From Octopus sinensis (lineage: Eukaryota), in the NCBI RefSeq assembly GCF_006345805.1, contig NC_042999.1, positions 115,754,001 through 115,818,000 of the forward strand: DNA of 64,000 nt, written 5' to 3'. The notes under the pieces were generated by a model. It searched no databases. It saw only the letters and a program-made list of their open reading frames with translations, and was not told the origin of the DNA. Made by a program: the position numbers and the translations under genes. Positions 63,691 to 64,000 of the stretch are shown piece by piece (the first letter of the stretch is position 1; every line of letters starts with the position of its first letter).

Positions 63691-64000
63691 ATTTACGAAC
63701 TAATGGAACCCTTAAATTTTACTTATACAAAATAAGATACTTGGCAGTTCTGAGATGTGGTAAAAACGGAGTTGATCTTAATTTGTATACTAACAAATGT
63801 CATGATATGTCAGCTACCAAAATCTGAGTCAGAATTAGTATTACATTCGTATTTGAAAATCTTTAAAAACAATTTCCATCTATGTTCATAAATGATCCAG
63901 TTTATTCGATACTCCATCAGCATTTTTCACCTCCTCACAGGATTCCAATTTACTTTCAGATTGAATAAAGTAAAGATTAACTTTGTGCATAAAGGGTCAA

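Overview
This is AT-rich, repeat-saturated eukaryotic non-coding DNA (intergenic or intronic). It is most likely an Octopus (coleoid cephalopod) genome; that is inferred from recalled SINE families and the (TA)n/(TAA)n/(CATA)n microsatellite load, not from a database search. No intact host gene could be supported, and nearly all short ORFs in the ORF track are microsatellite translations or transposon debris. Recognisable elements are four to five R4/Dong-type RLE LINE fragments (the largest with an open RT-C-terminus/CCHC/RLE frame at 9733-10987, lying in TAA/GAT microsatellites), a 5'-truncated CR1-clade LINE with an open RT frame (36001-37002), at least five Penelope-like (RT/GIY-YIG) fragments, a Gypsy-type LTR with a PBS, a degenerate mariner transposase, a pogo/Tigger remnant, a Chapaev3-like deletion derivative, and many tRNA-derived SINEs of three families. 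The most unusual signals are (i) several minimal, atypical type-I hammerhead-ribozyme-like folds in Penelope-type terminal repeats, including one with a G3:C8 core swap at 49783-49834 (-), and (ii) at least eight long fold-back inverted repeats, mostly anchored in (TA)n tracts, including a very young nested palindrome with locally templated copies at 48440-50058. Coordinates were read by eye, and most element boundaries are approximate.
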